Shown piece by piece: positions 23,119 to 32,700 of a stretch of 38,340 bases of DNA (positions within the stretch are counted from its first letter, which is position 1; each line of letters opens with the position of its first letter). Origin of the DNA: Armatimonadota bacterium (GTDB lineage Bacteria; Armatimonadota; Hebobacteria; CAIYQO01); NCBI GenBank assembly GCA_038215455.1, contig JBBQQW010000002.1:1-38340 (forward strand), written 5' to 3'. A model generated the notes under the pieces. It was not told the origin of the DNA and made no database searches. It saw nothing but the letters and a program-made list of their open reading frames with translations. Position numbers and translations under genes: made by a program.

Positions 23119-25038
23119 TTGCGCGGACCAGTTATATATCTGCTGCTAGCGATCTTCTTCGGTATGTTCACATTGACATGCCGAGCGGAGGTAGTCGTCA
23201 CCCCGGTAAAAGACGCTACCGGCGAATTTCTCGTCGTCACCCCTAGCTATAAAGCTCATATCATTGACGGCAATATCCACTCGTTGCGCGTCTTCGGAGT
23301 GGAATTCCTCGACGACCGCGTCCCTGGTTCCGCCGGCGCATCATTCTTTGTGGACAAACCGTTGCCGTTGCCTACCTGTACCGCCAATGGCAATGTCCTC
23401 ACCGCCACCGATGGCACCTATAGCGCACGCTATGAATTCAGCAGTGGCTTCTTCACCATCGCCCTGAATCATACCGCGCCCCAGCCGGCGACATTCATCA
23501 CTGTCTGTTCGCCGCAGATCGCCTATGTGCGCAATTCCACTCCAGCGACGATGGCGGTGGCCCCGGCGGACTTCAACTGGGGCAACGTGCGTATGATCGT
23601 GCCTACCGGCGAATACCTTGACCTGCAGAACGGCAGTGATATCTGGGGGCGCAAAATTGGCCGTCAGGTGTGGGAACGCAGCAATATCGCCCCCTCCAAG
23701 ACAGTGCGCAAGGAAGAAACGCTGCTCTTTATCCCGGGCAAGATGGCCCCGCCGCGCCCGACGGTAGATCAGCTCACCCAGCTAGCAGTATCATTGGACG
23801 ATCCCAATCAACTGGTACCGTCATTTGCCCCGGTGGAGTTGAAGGTACGCTTCGAGAATAACAGCAATCAGCAGATCTCCTCATCGATGTTGCTGCGCGT
23901 CGAATCATCGACCGGAGTGCGGCTACTCGAAAATAAACGCCCATTTACCTGCCCGCCCCACGAAGTGGCTACATTGAGTTGGACGGTAAACCCGAAGGAT
24001 GCGGACTTCTACCAGGCTAGCTGCGCGGTAACGCTGGATGGTGCCAACCCCAAACAGGCGCTGACGACCTTTGGCTACGACGTGGCGAACATCAAACTCA
24101 CTACGACACCACCGGCAGACTTCACCGAGTATTGGAAAAAAGTCACCGATGAGGCGCAGGGTGCCAATATCAAGCTCACACGCGAGCTTGATACGGACCG
24201 CTCCACCGCCACCGTGAAGGTGGAACGCCTGACCATCAATGTCGGCGAATATAACGGCAGTGCCTGGCTGGCGACACCGAAGTTTCCCGGCCGCTATCCG
24301 GCGCTGGTCATCTTGCCGGGTGATCACGTTCGGCGCATCTACCCGAATGAGAAGCTGGCGGAGTTGGGCTTTGTTGTCTTATCCATCGAGCCTACCGGTC
24401 AGAATATCTCACGTGATCTGCAGGTAATCGCCACTAAGGCCTTCAACGATCCCGGCAATCCGGCCAAATTCGGCTATCGTGCGGTGATGCTGCACTATCT
24501 GCAGGCGCTCAAATTATTAAAAGACGGCACCATCGCCGAGGTTGATCCCGGCCGTATCGCCATCACCGGCGTCGGGCTGGGGGGCAGTATGGCATTGATG
24601 CTGGGTGCGCTCGATCCGGCGATTCAAGCGGTGGCCCCCGATATCCCCTCCTTTTGCTACATCGAGCAGGGGAAGGATCAGGCGGGCTGGCCCTACCCCG
24701 ATTTCGTCCCTTACCTGCGCGACCACCCGAAGGAACGCGATGCCGTGCTGAAGACGCTGGCCTATTTCGACGCGGCGAACTTCACCGCAGGTATCACCTG
24801 CCCCACACTCATCAGTGCGGGGATCAATGATAACTACTGCCGTCCGACGAATATCTATGCGCTGGCAAACCGCCTGCCCGGCGCACATTCTGTCGCGCTC
24901 TATATCGCCGGTCACGAAGGCGGTGGGGGCAAACACTGGCAAGTGAAGATGAACTGGCTGCATCTGCTGCTGGGCGAGCCAGGCCCACTGCCGGTGGCAG
25001 CACTAACAGCAGAAGCGGAGAAGGCCCCACCTAAATGA
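23119..25038 (+). CDS. Secreted protein with C-terminal acetyl-xylan-esterase (AXE1/CE7)-like alpha/beta-hydrolase domain
   Basis: 639 aa, TTG start with SD GGGAGA. Signal peptide MRGPVIYLLLAIFFGMFTLTCRAE. The C-terminal half has FTEYWKKVTDEA, YPALVILPGD, ITGVGLGGSMALMLGA, GINDNYCRPTNIYALANRL and IAGHEGGG, arranged as in the AXE1 family. Confidence 0.75.
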   Translation: MRGPVIYLLLAIFFGMFTLTCRAEVVVTPVKDATGEFLVVTPSYKAHIIDGNIHSLRVFGVEFLDDRVPGSAGASFFVDKPLPLPTCTANGNVLTATDGTYSARYEFSSGFFTIALNHTAPQPATFITVCSPQIAYVRNSTPATMAVAPADFNWGNVRMIVPTGEYLDLQNGSDIWGRKIGRQVWERSNIAPSKTVRKEETLLFIPGKMAPPRPTVDQLTQLAVSLDDPNQLVPSFAPVELKVRFENNSNQQISSSMLLRVESSTGVRLLENKRPFTCPPHEVATLSWTVNPKDADFYQASCAVTLDGANPKQALTTFGYDVANIKLTTTPPADFTEYWKKVTDEAQGANIKLTRELDTDRSTATVKVERLTINVGEYNGSAWLATPKFPGRYPALVILPGDHVRRIYPNEKLAELGFVVLSIEPTGQNISRDLQVIATKAFNDPGNPAKFGYRAVMLHYLQALKLLKDGTIAEVDPGRIAITGVGLGGSMALMLGALDPAIQAVAPDIPSFCYIEQGKDQAGWPYPDFVPYLRDHPKERDAVLKTLAYFDAANFTAGITCPTLISAGINDNYCRPTNIYALANRLPGAHSVALYIAGHEGGGGKHWQVKMNWLHLLLGEPGPLPVAALTAEAEKAPPK

Positions 25039-25895
25039 CATTACCTCACCTTGACCTGGCGGACCCCGCCATTCTCAGCGATCTGCTCTTTCGGCACCAT
25101 TTCGTCACGCGCAAATCGCTGGGGCAGCATTTCCTCATCAGCCGCCCGGCAGTAGAGGCCATCGTCACTGCTTGCTGCCTGGACGAGGGCCTGCCCATAT
25201 TGGAGATCGGGCCGGGTATCGGCACATTATCACGTGCGCTGGGCGAAGCGGGGGCGTCTGTCACTGCAGTAGAGCTGGACGAGCGCGCCATGTGGGTGCT
25301 GGAGGAGACGGTGGGCAAAATCCCGTCTATCAAGCATATTCAGGGCGATATCCTCACCATTGATCTGGATAAGATGCTCGCTGGCTCACCCCGCTGGACA
25401 GCCGTGGGCAACCTGCCCTACTACATCACCACGCCGGTGATCAGCCGCCTGCTGGAGATGGGGCCGCGCTTCGCGCGCATGATCTTCATGGTGCAGCGCG
25501 AGGTGGCCGACCGGCTCATGGCCACCCCCGGCTCGCCGTCGTGCGGGTCATTGTCCATCTATGCGCAGGTCTATACCGAGGTCACGCGCGTCATCGACGT
25601 CCCGCGCGCCGACTTCCTGCCGCCGCCCAAGGTGGATTCCGCGGTGGTATGCCTGACAATCCGCGCGCAGCCCGCCGTGCCGGTGGCATTGCAGCCGCAA
25701 TTCTTCGCCCTGGTACGCGCCGCATTCAACCTGCGCCGCAAAACCCTGCCGAACGCCCTGGCCGGCGGCGGTATCCTCGAAGGCGACCGTTCCGCGATAG
25801 CAGAACTGCTGCAAAACGCCGAAATCTCCCCCACCCGCCGTGGCGAGACGCTGAGCATCGCAGAATATCTGCGGCTGGCGGAGCTGATGAAATAA
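25035..25895 (+). CDS. rsmA: 16S rRNA (adenine1518/1519-N6)-dimethyltransferase RsmA (KsgA)
   Basis: 286 aa. LGQHFL; ILEIGPGIGTLSRAL; VGNLPYYITTP; FLPPPKVDS. The start ATG overlaps the upstream stop (ATGA), so the two genes are probably translationally coupled. Confidence 0.93.
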   Translation: MTLPHLDLADPAILSDLLFRHHFVTRKSLGQHFLISRPAVEAIVTACCLDEGLPILEIGPGIGTLSRALGEAGASVTAVELDERAMWVLEETVGKIPSIKHIQGDILTIDLDKMLAGSPRWTAVGNLPYYITTPVISRLLEMGPRFARMIFMVQREVADRLMATPGSPSCGSLSIYAQVYTEVTRVIDVPRADFLPPPKVDSAVVCLTIRAQPAVPVALQPQFFALVRAAFNLRRKTLPNALAGGGILEGDRSAIAELLQNAEISPTRRGETLSIAEYLRLAELMK

Positions 25896-25928
25896 CCCCG
25901 CCGCCGGCAACGCCCCCGGGGGACGGAC

Positions 25929-27413
25929 TCATTTTCCCGCCTTCTCACTAGCAGCGGTTCGTTTGTTCACTTCGCCGCGTTTCTCTTCCAGTTCGTCGAT
26001 GCTGGCAATCTTCAGCCGGGCGGCACCCTGGTAGTCGCGGGTGGGGATAAGGTTGTCGCTGGCGAGGGTTACCTTGGCGGCGGTGATGGCTTTGCTGTAT
26101 TGCGGCAGCCATCGCTCCCCGGCCACCAGCATCTCGTCGGCCAGCTGCCATATCTCCGGCGGGTTGCAGACGGCCCCGGTAAGGGGGTCCAGCATCATCG
26201 CCTGGCGCAGCAGCATGTCGTCGCCATGCACCGCCGCCTCCACCGCCAACCGTTGCACGCTGATACTCACGTTGCACACCGCAGCACAGCCTAGCGGCAG
26301 GTCGCCTACGCGGGGGATATTGATACCGTTGGCGTCCACGTAGCCGGGCACCTCCACGATGGCATCCTCCGGCAGGTTAGTGATACAGCCGTGGTTGACC
26401 ACGTTGAAGTGCCCACGGTAGACGCGGCCCGTCTCCAGCCCTTCGATGATATAGGAGGCGTGCTCTTCGCCGCGGTCTTTCGGCTCGAAGGTTTTGGGCG
26501 GTTCCTGCATCCAGTTGGGGAAGTCGTGCTCGAACCAGTTGCGGTCCTCGGTGCAGATGCGCAGGTAGCCGCCGGTCTCGCCGTTGATCCAGCTGGAGAG
26601 GTCAATCCAGTTGAGGATATCCTCCGCGCGCTTGCGGTACCAGGGCACGTACTCGCTCAGGTGGCCGTTGGACTCGGTGCTGAAGTAACCGAAGCGCTTC
26701 AGCATGTCGATGCGCACCTTCTCTTCCCGGCTCAGCTTTTCATTCGCCTCAAAAGCCGCCAGCAGCTTGCCGGTCATATCCTCGCCGTTATGTTTGACGC
26801 TGATGTACCAGGTCTGGTGGTTGATGCCCGCGCAGATGATGTCCACTTCCTTCTTCTCCAGCCCCAGCACATCGGCAATCATGCGATGCCCGCCCTGCAC
26901 GCCGTGGCACAGCCCGATAGCACGCACGCCGCCGTATTTATTGATCGCCCAGGTGTTCATGACGTTGGGGTTAGAGTAATTGAGGAAGAGGCAGTCCGGC
27001 GCGGCCAGCTCGCGGATATCCTGGCAGAAGTCGAGCAGCACCGGGATAGTGCGTTGCCCGTACATAATACCGCCCGGCCCCAGCGTATCGCCCACGCACT
27101 GGTCCACGCCATACTTCAGCGGGATATTCACGTCGGTAGCAAAGGCCTCCAGCCCGCCCACGCGCACAAAGGAGAGCACGTAGTTGGCATCCCTTATCGC
27201 CTCGCGCTTCTCGGTGGTGGCCACTATGGTGGCGGGGAAGCCAGCGGAGTCGATATCGCGCTTCACCAGCCGATACACCAGCTCCAGATTGTGCGCGTTG
27301 ATATCGCAGAAGGCGAACTGCGTGTCACGCAACTCCGGCACGCACAAGATATCGCGCACAATCCCCCGCGTAAAGCCGACGCTCCCCGCGCCGATAATTG
27401 CTACTTTGATCAT
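25929..27413 (-). CDS. Glycoside hydrolase family 4 (NAD/Mn-dependent alpha-glucosidase/alpha-galactosidase type)
   Basis: Rossmann motif MIKVAIIGAGSVGFT; NYSNPNVMNTWA; GLCHGV; GINHQTW. I prefer the ATG at 27413 (AGGA SD upstream) over the TTG at 27428. Confidence 0.9.
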   Translation of the reverse strand: MIKVAIIGAGSVGFTRGIVRDILCVPELRDTQFAFCDINAHNLELVYRLVKRDIDSAGFPATIVATTEKREAIRDANYVLSFVRVGGLEAFATDVNIPLKYGVDQCVGDTLGPGGIMYGQRTIPVLLDFCQDIRELAAPDCLFLNYSNPNVMNTWAINKYGGVRAIGLCHGVQGGHRMIADVLGLEKKEVDIICAGINHQTWYISVKHNGEDMTGKLLAAFEANEKLSREEKVRIDMLKRFGYFSTESNGHLSEYVPWYRKRAEDILNWIDLSSWINGETGGYLRICTEDRNWFEHDFPNWMQEPPKTFEPKDRGEEHASYIIEGLETGRVYRGHFNVVNHGCITNLPEDAIVEVPGYVDANGINIPRVGDLPLGCAAVCNVSISVQRLAVEAAVHGDDMLLRQAMMLDPLTGAVCNPPEIWQLADEMLVAGERWLPQYSKAITAAKVTLASDNLIPTRDYQGAARLKIASIDELEEKRGEVNKRTAASEKAGK

Positions 27414-27457
27414 AAAGATTTCCTTCAAAAAAAGATTTGGTGGGCGCTTTGCCCGTT

Positions 27458-27581
27458 GGTCTACCTAACCCCCAGCCCCTTCCCTGCGAGGGAAGGGGTG
27501 CCTATTCAATGATTCTCTATGGAAAAACGATCATTCTCCCCCTTCCCGCGCCGGGAAGGGGGCCGGGGGGTTAGGTAGACC
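27458..27581. repeat. Family B double-hairpin repeat (copy 4, the most symmetrical)
   Basis: ggtctacctaacccccagccccttccctgcgagggaaggggtgcctattcaat...aaaaacgatcattctcccccttcccgcgccgggaagggggccggggggttaggtagacc. It has a perfect 15-nt terminal inverted repeat. Confidence 0.8.
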
Positions 27582-27624
27582 AAGGCTAACGCCATAGATA
27601 CTATATCAGTCATCCATCCATTCC

Positions 27625-28125
27625 TTACAACTTGCTCATAATGATGAATTTCTCAATCTCACGCAGATGGTCGCGCTGGACGTTGTCCACCGAGGTCACC
27701 ATCCCCTTTTTCACTTCGGGGTCTTTGATGAATTTGGCGGCCATTTTCACCAGCAGTCCGTCAAAGAAGTCGAGTTTCTCGATGATATATCTGCCGGGCA
27801 GGGCGAAGAGGTGTATTTTATCCAGTGTGTCGGCGAAGAGGCTGCCCGTCACCGCCTTCTCGCAGGTCTGCATATCACCGGCGGAACTAGTTACCATCAA
27901 CGCGATCGTTTTATCCTGGATCGAGCGCCATTTGCTGTTGATCCAGTTCTTCAGGGTCAATGATCCTGCCACGATGCTGCAGCCTAGGATTATCGTGTCA
28001 TAGCCGAAAAGGTTCTCCGGCTCCTTGCCTGCCTCGAAAAGATCAAAACCGGTGCTCTCCTGCAGCCATTTAGCATACTGCCGGGTGGCACCATATTTGG
28101 ATTTGTAGATAATTATTCCCTTCAT
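27625..28125 (-). CDS. Flavodoxin-like fold protein (flavodoxin/HemG-type domain)
   Basis: 166 aa. N-terminus MKGIIIYKSKYGATRQYAKWLQE and DTIILGCSIVAG are typical of short flavodoxin-domain proteins. GC content is lower than in its neighbours. Confidence 0.75.
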   Translation of the reverse strand: MKGIIIYKSKYGATRQYAKWLQESTGFDLFEAGKEPENLFGYDTIILGCSIVAGSLTLKNWINSKWRSIQDKTIALMVTSSAGDMQTCEKAVTGSLFADTLDKIHLFALPGRYIIEKLDFFDGLLVKMAAKFIKDPEVKKGMVTSVDNVQRDHLREIEKFIIMSKL

Positions 28126-28269
28126 AGCCGTTCCTTCCCTTTATCTGCGTCCCATGCATAGTTTTCGCCATATGCAGGATTCCTCCTGCCGGAAATAGTT
28201 CCAAGTTCCAAGGCTAATGAGTCCGAATAGTTACGCGAAGCGTAGATTGGTGCTATAGCGGGTTCATTA

Positions 28270-28278
28270 TGCTATAAT
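28270..28278 (+). promoter_or_regulatory. Extended -10 element (TGCTATAAT) upstream of the CE15-like esterase gene
   Basis: A perfect TGnTATAAT lies 43 nt upstream of the ATG at 28321. Confidence 0.4.
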
Positions 28279-28320
28279 TCATCCATATATGCTTTTGTGA
28301 TAGTGTAAGTGTGCATTTTA

Positions 28321-29361
28321 ATGAAAATATTTTCTCTTCCTGAATTGATGGTTTCGCATGACAGCACGGGAATCACCGCTCCTGCGGAGTGGCGTAGTCG
28401 CCGCGTGGAATTGCTGGAGCTGCTACAGCAATATGAGTACGGGCATATCCCCGCCGCGCCGGAGACGGTGTCCGCACGTCCGCTGTGTGTTTTCGGGTTG
28501 CCGGAGAACCTGGAATTAGTCGGAGAACACCTCTATCTGACAACGCACCCGCTGGAGTTGAGCTTCAATATTCGCCTTTATTTGCCATTGGGCCAGCCGG
28601 GCCCTTTCCCGGTTATTATTGATGGCGATGATTGCGAGCGCTTCCTTTCCAATGGATTCATCCACACCGCCATTCGCCGTGGCTACGCGCTGGCGTTGTA
28701 TAACCGCACCGAGGTGGTGCCGGATCACCCCGGCCCGCGCGACTACGGCCTGTATAGTGCCATCCCCGGGGGGGATTATGGTGCGCTGGCCGCGTGGGCG
28801 TGGTCATACCACCGCGTGGTGGATTATCTGCTGACACGTCCAGAGATCGACCCGGGGCGCATTGGCGTCACCGGCCACTCCCGCGGGGGCAAAACTGCAT
28901 TACTTGCCGGGGCCACCGACGAGCGTATCGCCTTCACCCACGCCAGTTGTAGCGGGCTATGCGGGGCGGCCACATTGCGCGACCCGGATGAGGGCGGCGA
29001 GCAGCTGGCGCGCATCACTGACGAATTTGATTACTGGTTCACCCCGCGGCTGCAGGAGTTCGCCGGGCGTGAAGATGAGCTGCCCATCGACCAGCATATG
29101 CTGAAGGCCTGTATCGCCCCGCGTGCGCTTTTGACCACCGAGGCGCGCGGAGATATCTGGGCCAGCCCACGGGCCACCCGCCGCACCTTTGAAGCCGCAC
29201 GCGAGGCGTATCAGCTGCTGGGTGCCGAGAAGAATATCGGTATCTGCTATCGCGATGGCAGCCACGCCATCAAGCTGGAAGACTGGACCGCCATGCTGGA
29301 CTTCGCCGACCAGACGTTGTACGGCAAAGAAAGCGGTCGCGATTTCGATATGCGGGGCTAG
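28321..29361 (+). CDS. Alpha/beta hydrolase, glucuronoyl-esterase (CE15)-like
   Basis: GVTGHSRGGKTALLAG resembles the CE15 nucleophile motif G-C-S-R-x-G-K. The ~340-aa size fits. I prefer the ATG at 28321 (MKIFSLPEL...) over the GTG at 28309. Confidence 0.65.
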   Translation: MKIFSLPELMVSHDSTGITAPAEWRSRRVELLELLQQYEYGHIPAAPETVSARPLCVFGLPENLELVGEHLYLTTHPLELSFNIRLYLPLGQPGPFPVIIDGDDCERFLSNGFIHTAIRRGYALALYNRTEVVPDHPGPRDYGLYSAIPGGDYGALAAWAWSYHRVVDYLLTRPEIDPGRIGVTGHSRGGKTALLAGATDERIAFTHASCSGLCGAATLRDPDEGGEQLARITDEFDYWFTPRLQEFAGREDELPIDQHMLKACIAPRALLTTEARGDIWASPRATRRTFEAAREAYQLLGAEKNIGICYRDGSHAIKLEDWTAMLDFADQTLYGKESGRDFDMRG

Positions 29362-29545
29362 AGCGTCTGTAATGGGCCATATTAATATTTGGTGAAAAAT
29401 GCAAAATTTTCGCAAGGATGTGGTAAGATATGGAATACTCTCATATGTGAGGGAAATAACCAGCTATCTGGCAGGACAGGCACTATATAATACTGGTAGT
29501 ATAGTCACGTACGAGTAGAAAAGCTGACCGAATATGGAGGATAGA

Positions 29546-29746
29546 CCAGGAGTATCGTTTTTAGCGACAAACTGTCCTTACGGGCCTGGCCGTGAACGAC
29601 CAGGCTGGAAGGCCTACGGCCAATCGCACATTCGGGCGGGACGGGTAAGGGTAAGCGTTCCCGTCCGAAGGACGATCGGCGAAGCCCTCCAGCCCAGTCG
29701 TTCACGGCTGGGCGAACAGGACGGGCGCTAAAAACGATACTCCTGG
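29546..29746. mobile_element. Family A MITE-like element, full copy with 21-bp terminal inverted repeats
   Basis: TIRs: ccaggagtatcgtttttagcg (29546-29566) and cgctaaaaacgatactcctgg (29726-29746). The whole 201 bp folds as one long imperfect hairpin. It is flanked by ggatagacc (left) and ggaatagacc (right), a possible ~9-bp target-site duplication. Truncated copy at 353-532. Confidence 0.8.
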
Positions 29747-29763
29747 GGAATAGACCATTATAT

Positions 29764-32700
29764 ATGACAGATTCAAGCCATAATCATAATGGAAATATGC
29801 ATGCAAGCAATGACCTTCTAACTGGCTTACTCACCTTGAAGGGATGGGTAAACGAGCTAATAGAGGGCCGGTTTTCTTCGTCTGGCTATATCCTCTCACT
29901 TCGTCTCACAGATTTGGCACATATCAACCAGATGTATGGCCAGGAAGAATGCGATATTCTCATCACCCGGGTCGCTCAAATGTTACAGGGCTGGGTTCAC
30001 GAGCAGACACTACTGGTGCGCGAATCAAGGTCAGCTCTGATATATCTCTGGATGCCGGGCAGCAATCATGATGAGACACAACAGATGGCGTTACGGCTGC
30101 AGCAGTCGCTTTTTGCTTCCGGCATCATGATCGCCAGTGGAGTCGAGATACACCCACGCGTGGTGGTGACAATAATACCCGTATCCGAGCATGATCAGGT
30201 ATATGATGTCGTTTCCAAGTTAGAGCGTCTGGAAGTGCGGGAACCCGCGTTGGATGCTCCTGTGAACAGTGCAGCAAACGGATCATTGGCGTTATTGAAT
30301 GCCGCATTGGAAGAACATCACACCTTCGGGCTGGAACCACTGGTAGAAAAGATCCACTCCTTTATCAATTTGAAGGCGATGAAACGGCCGCAGACCATCC
30401 TGTTGCTGGCTCCGTTGCAGTCGGTCAAGTCGCGTACATTGGGTATCGTCGGGGACTTCCTCGGTAGCAGCAATATCCCCCTGGCAAACGTCTCCTGCCA
30501 CCCCAGTGATCGTGAGGTGCGTTGCGGTTTGTTGGCGGCCATCTTGCTGACGTTGATCCCCTCGTATCCCCCGGAATTATTACGCGCCCGTGTCTTCCCG
30601 CTCTGCACCCTCAATCCCTGGTTGGCGAGCCTTTTCCCCACCTTGCGCCAGGATGAAGCTGCACCGTTGCCACCGGACGATCCAGAGCTGGTGCGGACTA
30701 CTATGCAGGCAGTGCTGCAGGAGATGGTACAGGCTTATTCGGCCATGATAATCATCAATAGTCTGCACCTCGCCGATATCGATTCTATCACGGTGTTGGG
30801 AGCGTTGCAACAACGCGACGACCATGGCTTGCTGATAATCGGTGGGGTGGATACAGAAGGTGATGGCGTCCCGGTGGTAGTGAACCCACTAGTGACCAGC
30901 GCCACCAAAGTTATCATCCCAGAGCCATTCAACGAGAGTACTATTGGTGAATATATAAACAATGTGCTCCCGGGAGTGAAGACACCCGCACTGGTGAAAC
31001 TGCTGCGCGAGCGCTGCGGCGGTTGGCTGCTGAATATGGAGAGTATGCTCCGCTCCTGGGCGGAGAGCGGCGTGCTGAATCATGACCTCGGCAGGTGGCA
31101 ACTGGATGCCGCTACTATCCCGGCGGAGATATTCTCTACCTTGTCTCCGCGCGAGCGCCGGTTTCTGGCACAAGCAGCATTAGTTGGCCCGGTACAGATC
31201 GGTTTCCTCACTGCACTCTGGCGGCTGAGTAGCAATAGCGAGACGCTGGTGATAGTAGACCATGCCCGCAAGATGGGTTTCCTGCTCCCGGTTGCCCCCG
31301 ACGATCCACTGCACGTGCAGTTCCGCGACGAAGAGTATGCCGCGCAACTGGTCGAGCTACTCACGCAGGAAGATGTGTTACGTACTCATGCAGAAATAGC
31401 GAGTCTGTTGGAAGATTCAACCGTAGTATTGCAAGAGATGCATACCGAAGCAGAGCTGGCATTCCACCTTAATGAATCCGGGCAGAATGAGCGCGCAAAG
31501 CAACATCAGGCACCACCGGCCAAATCTCTCGGCGCGTTCATCAATACCTTAAAAGCACAACAACCCGAGGGAATCGGGATGGCAGAAGAGTCACCCTTAC
31601 CGCGTAGTCAGCCGTTGGAGAAGGCCGACCTGCCTGCCATGATCGATGCTGTCCTGAATATCCGTCTGGTAGGCGTCGCCTATCGGATTTATCCGCCTAA
31701 TTCCGAGATAGTCCGTACACAAATGGAGGACGCCATCATCGCGATAGATCAGGTACTCGCTACGCGTCCGTCTCTTACGATCTCCACCGATGGGGCGCAA
31801 ATAGCGTTGGAAGGTCGTATCCAGGACCGGCGTGACCTCGCGGTTCCTTTAAAAGACTACCTAAACTGGATGAATGAAGCGCAACTGCAGACATTCGTCA
31901 TCATGCGTGGTGTGACTGCGGATGAACTGAAAACTATGTTTTTGACTATCGCCGAATTCGATAACGTGAATGCCACGGACACCTTGCAGCATACACTGCA
32001 GGCGTTGAAGATGCAGCACATCCGCTTTGTACCACGCCAGCAACAGATGAATCAGCATTATCAGGGGGGGGCAAATACGATCAGTGTGCCTGCGGAACTG
32101 GCCGGTACATTGCTGATGAACATGGCTAACCAGACCATGGCCCCGGCAGGCAGGGCTAATCCCTATGAAATGGCCACGGATGCAATGAAACAACTGGGTA
32201 ACATGCAATCTCCGGAATCACCATCGACGACGAATCAATGGCAGGATAGTAGATTTGATACGGAGGAATCAACTCCGGTAATGGAAAGTAATGCCGCAGC
32301 ACCGGCAAGCGCTGCCACCGGTGCTACCTCGAAAAAGATGCTGAACATGGCGGTAGCCATGACTAATCCTGCCTCCATGACTGCCAATGACTGGTCACAA
32401 TTACCGGCGATGCTGGATGAATCAGATACGCAAATGCGGCGCTCGGTGATGGAAAATCTCAATCGTTGGCTCGCGAAATCGCCCGACATCGTTAATGAGC
32501 CGGTGAATGAATGCCTGAATAATCTGCTGCTGGAGCGGCTGGAGCAGGAGCGTGACATCACTGTGCTGCGCGAGACAGCGCGTGCCGCCATGGCCCGCCT
32601 GCAGGCACTGGTGAAGCGTCATGACTGGAATCAGGTTCTCACCATAGTGGAATCAGTGAGCACGCGCATCAAAGATGAGAGCGACGTCAGCATCCAGGAG

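Noticed and set aside
28144-28170. 33-codon upstream ORF (ATG at ~28170 on the minus strand, with an AGGAGG SD) overlapping the flavodoxin start, considered as a regulatory leader peptide.
   Set aside because: The SD belongs to the conserved GGAAC-motif module also seen upstream of other genes. The peptide has no conserved features, and I cannot verify translation. It is possibly real but unsupported.
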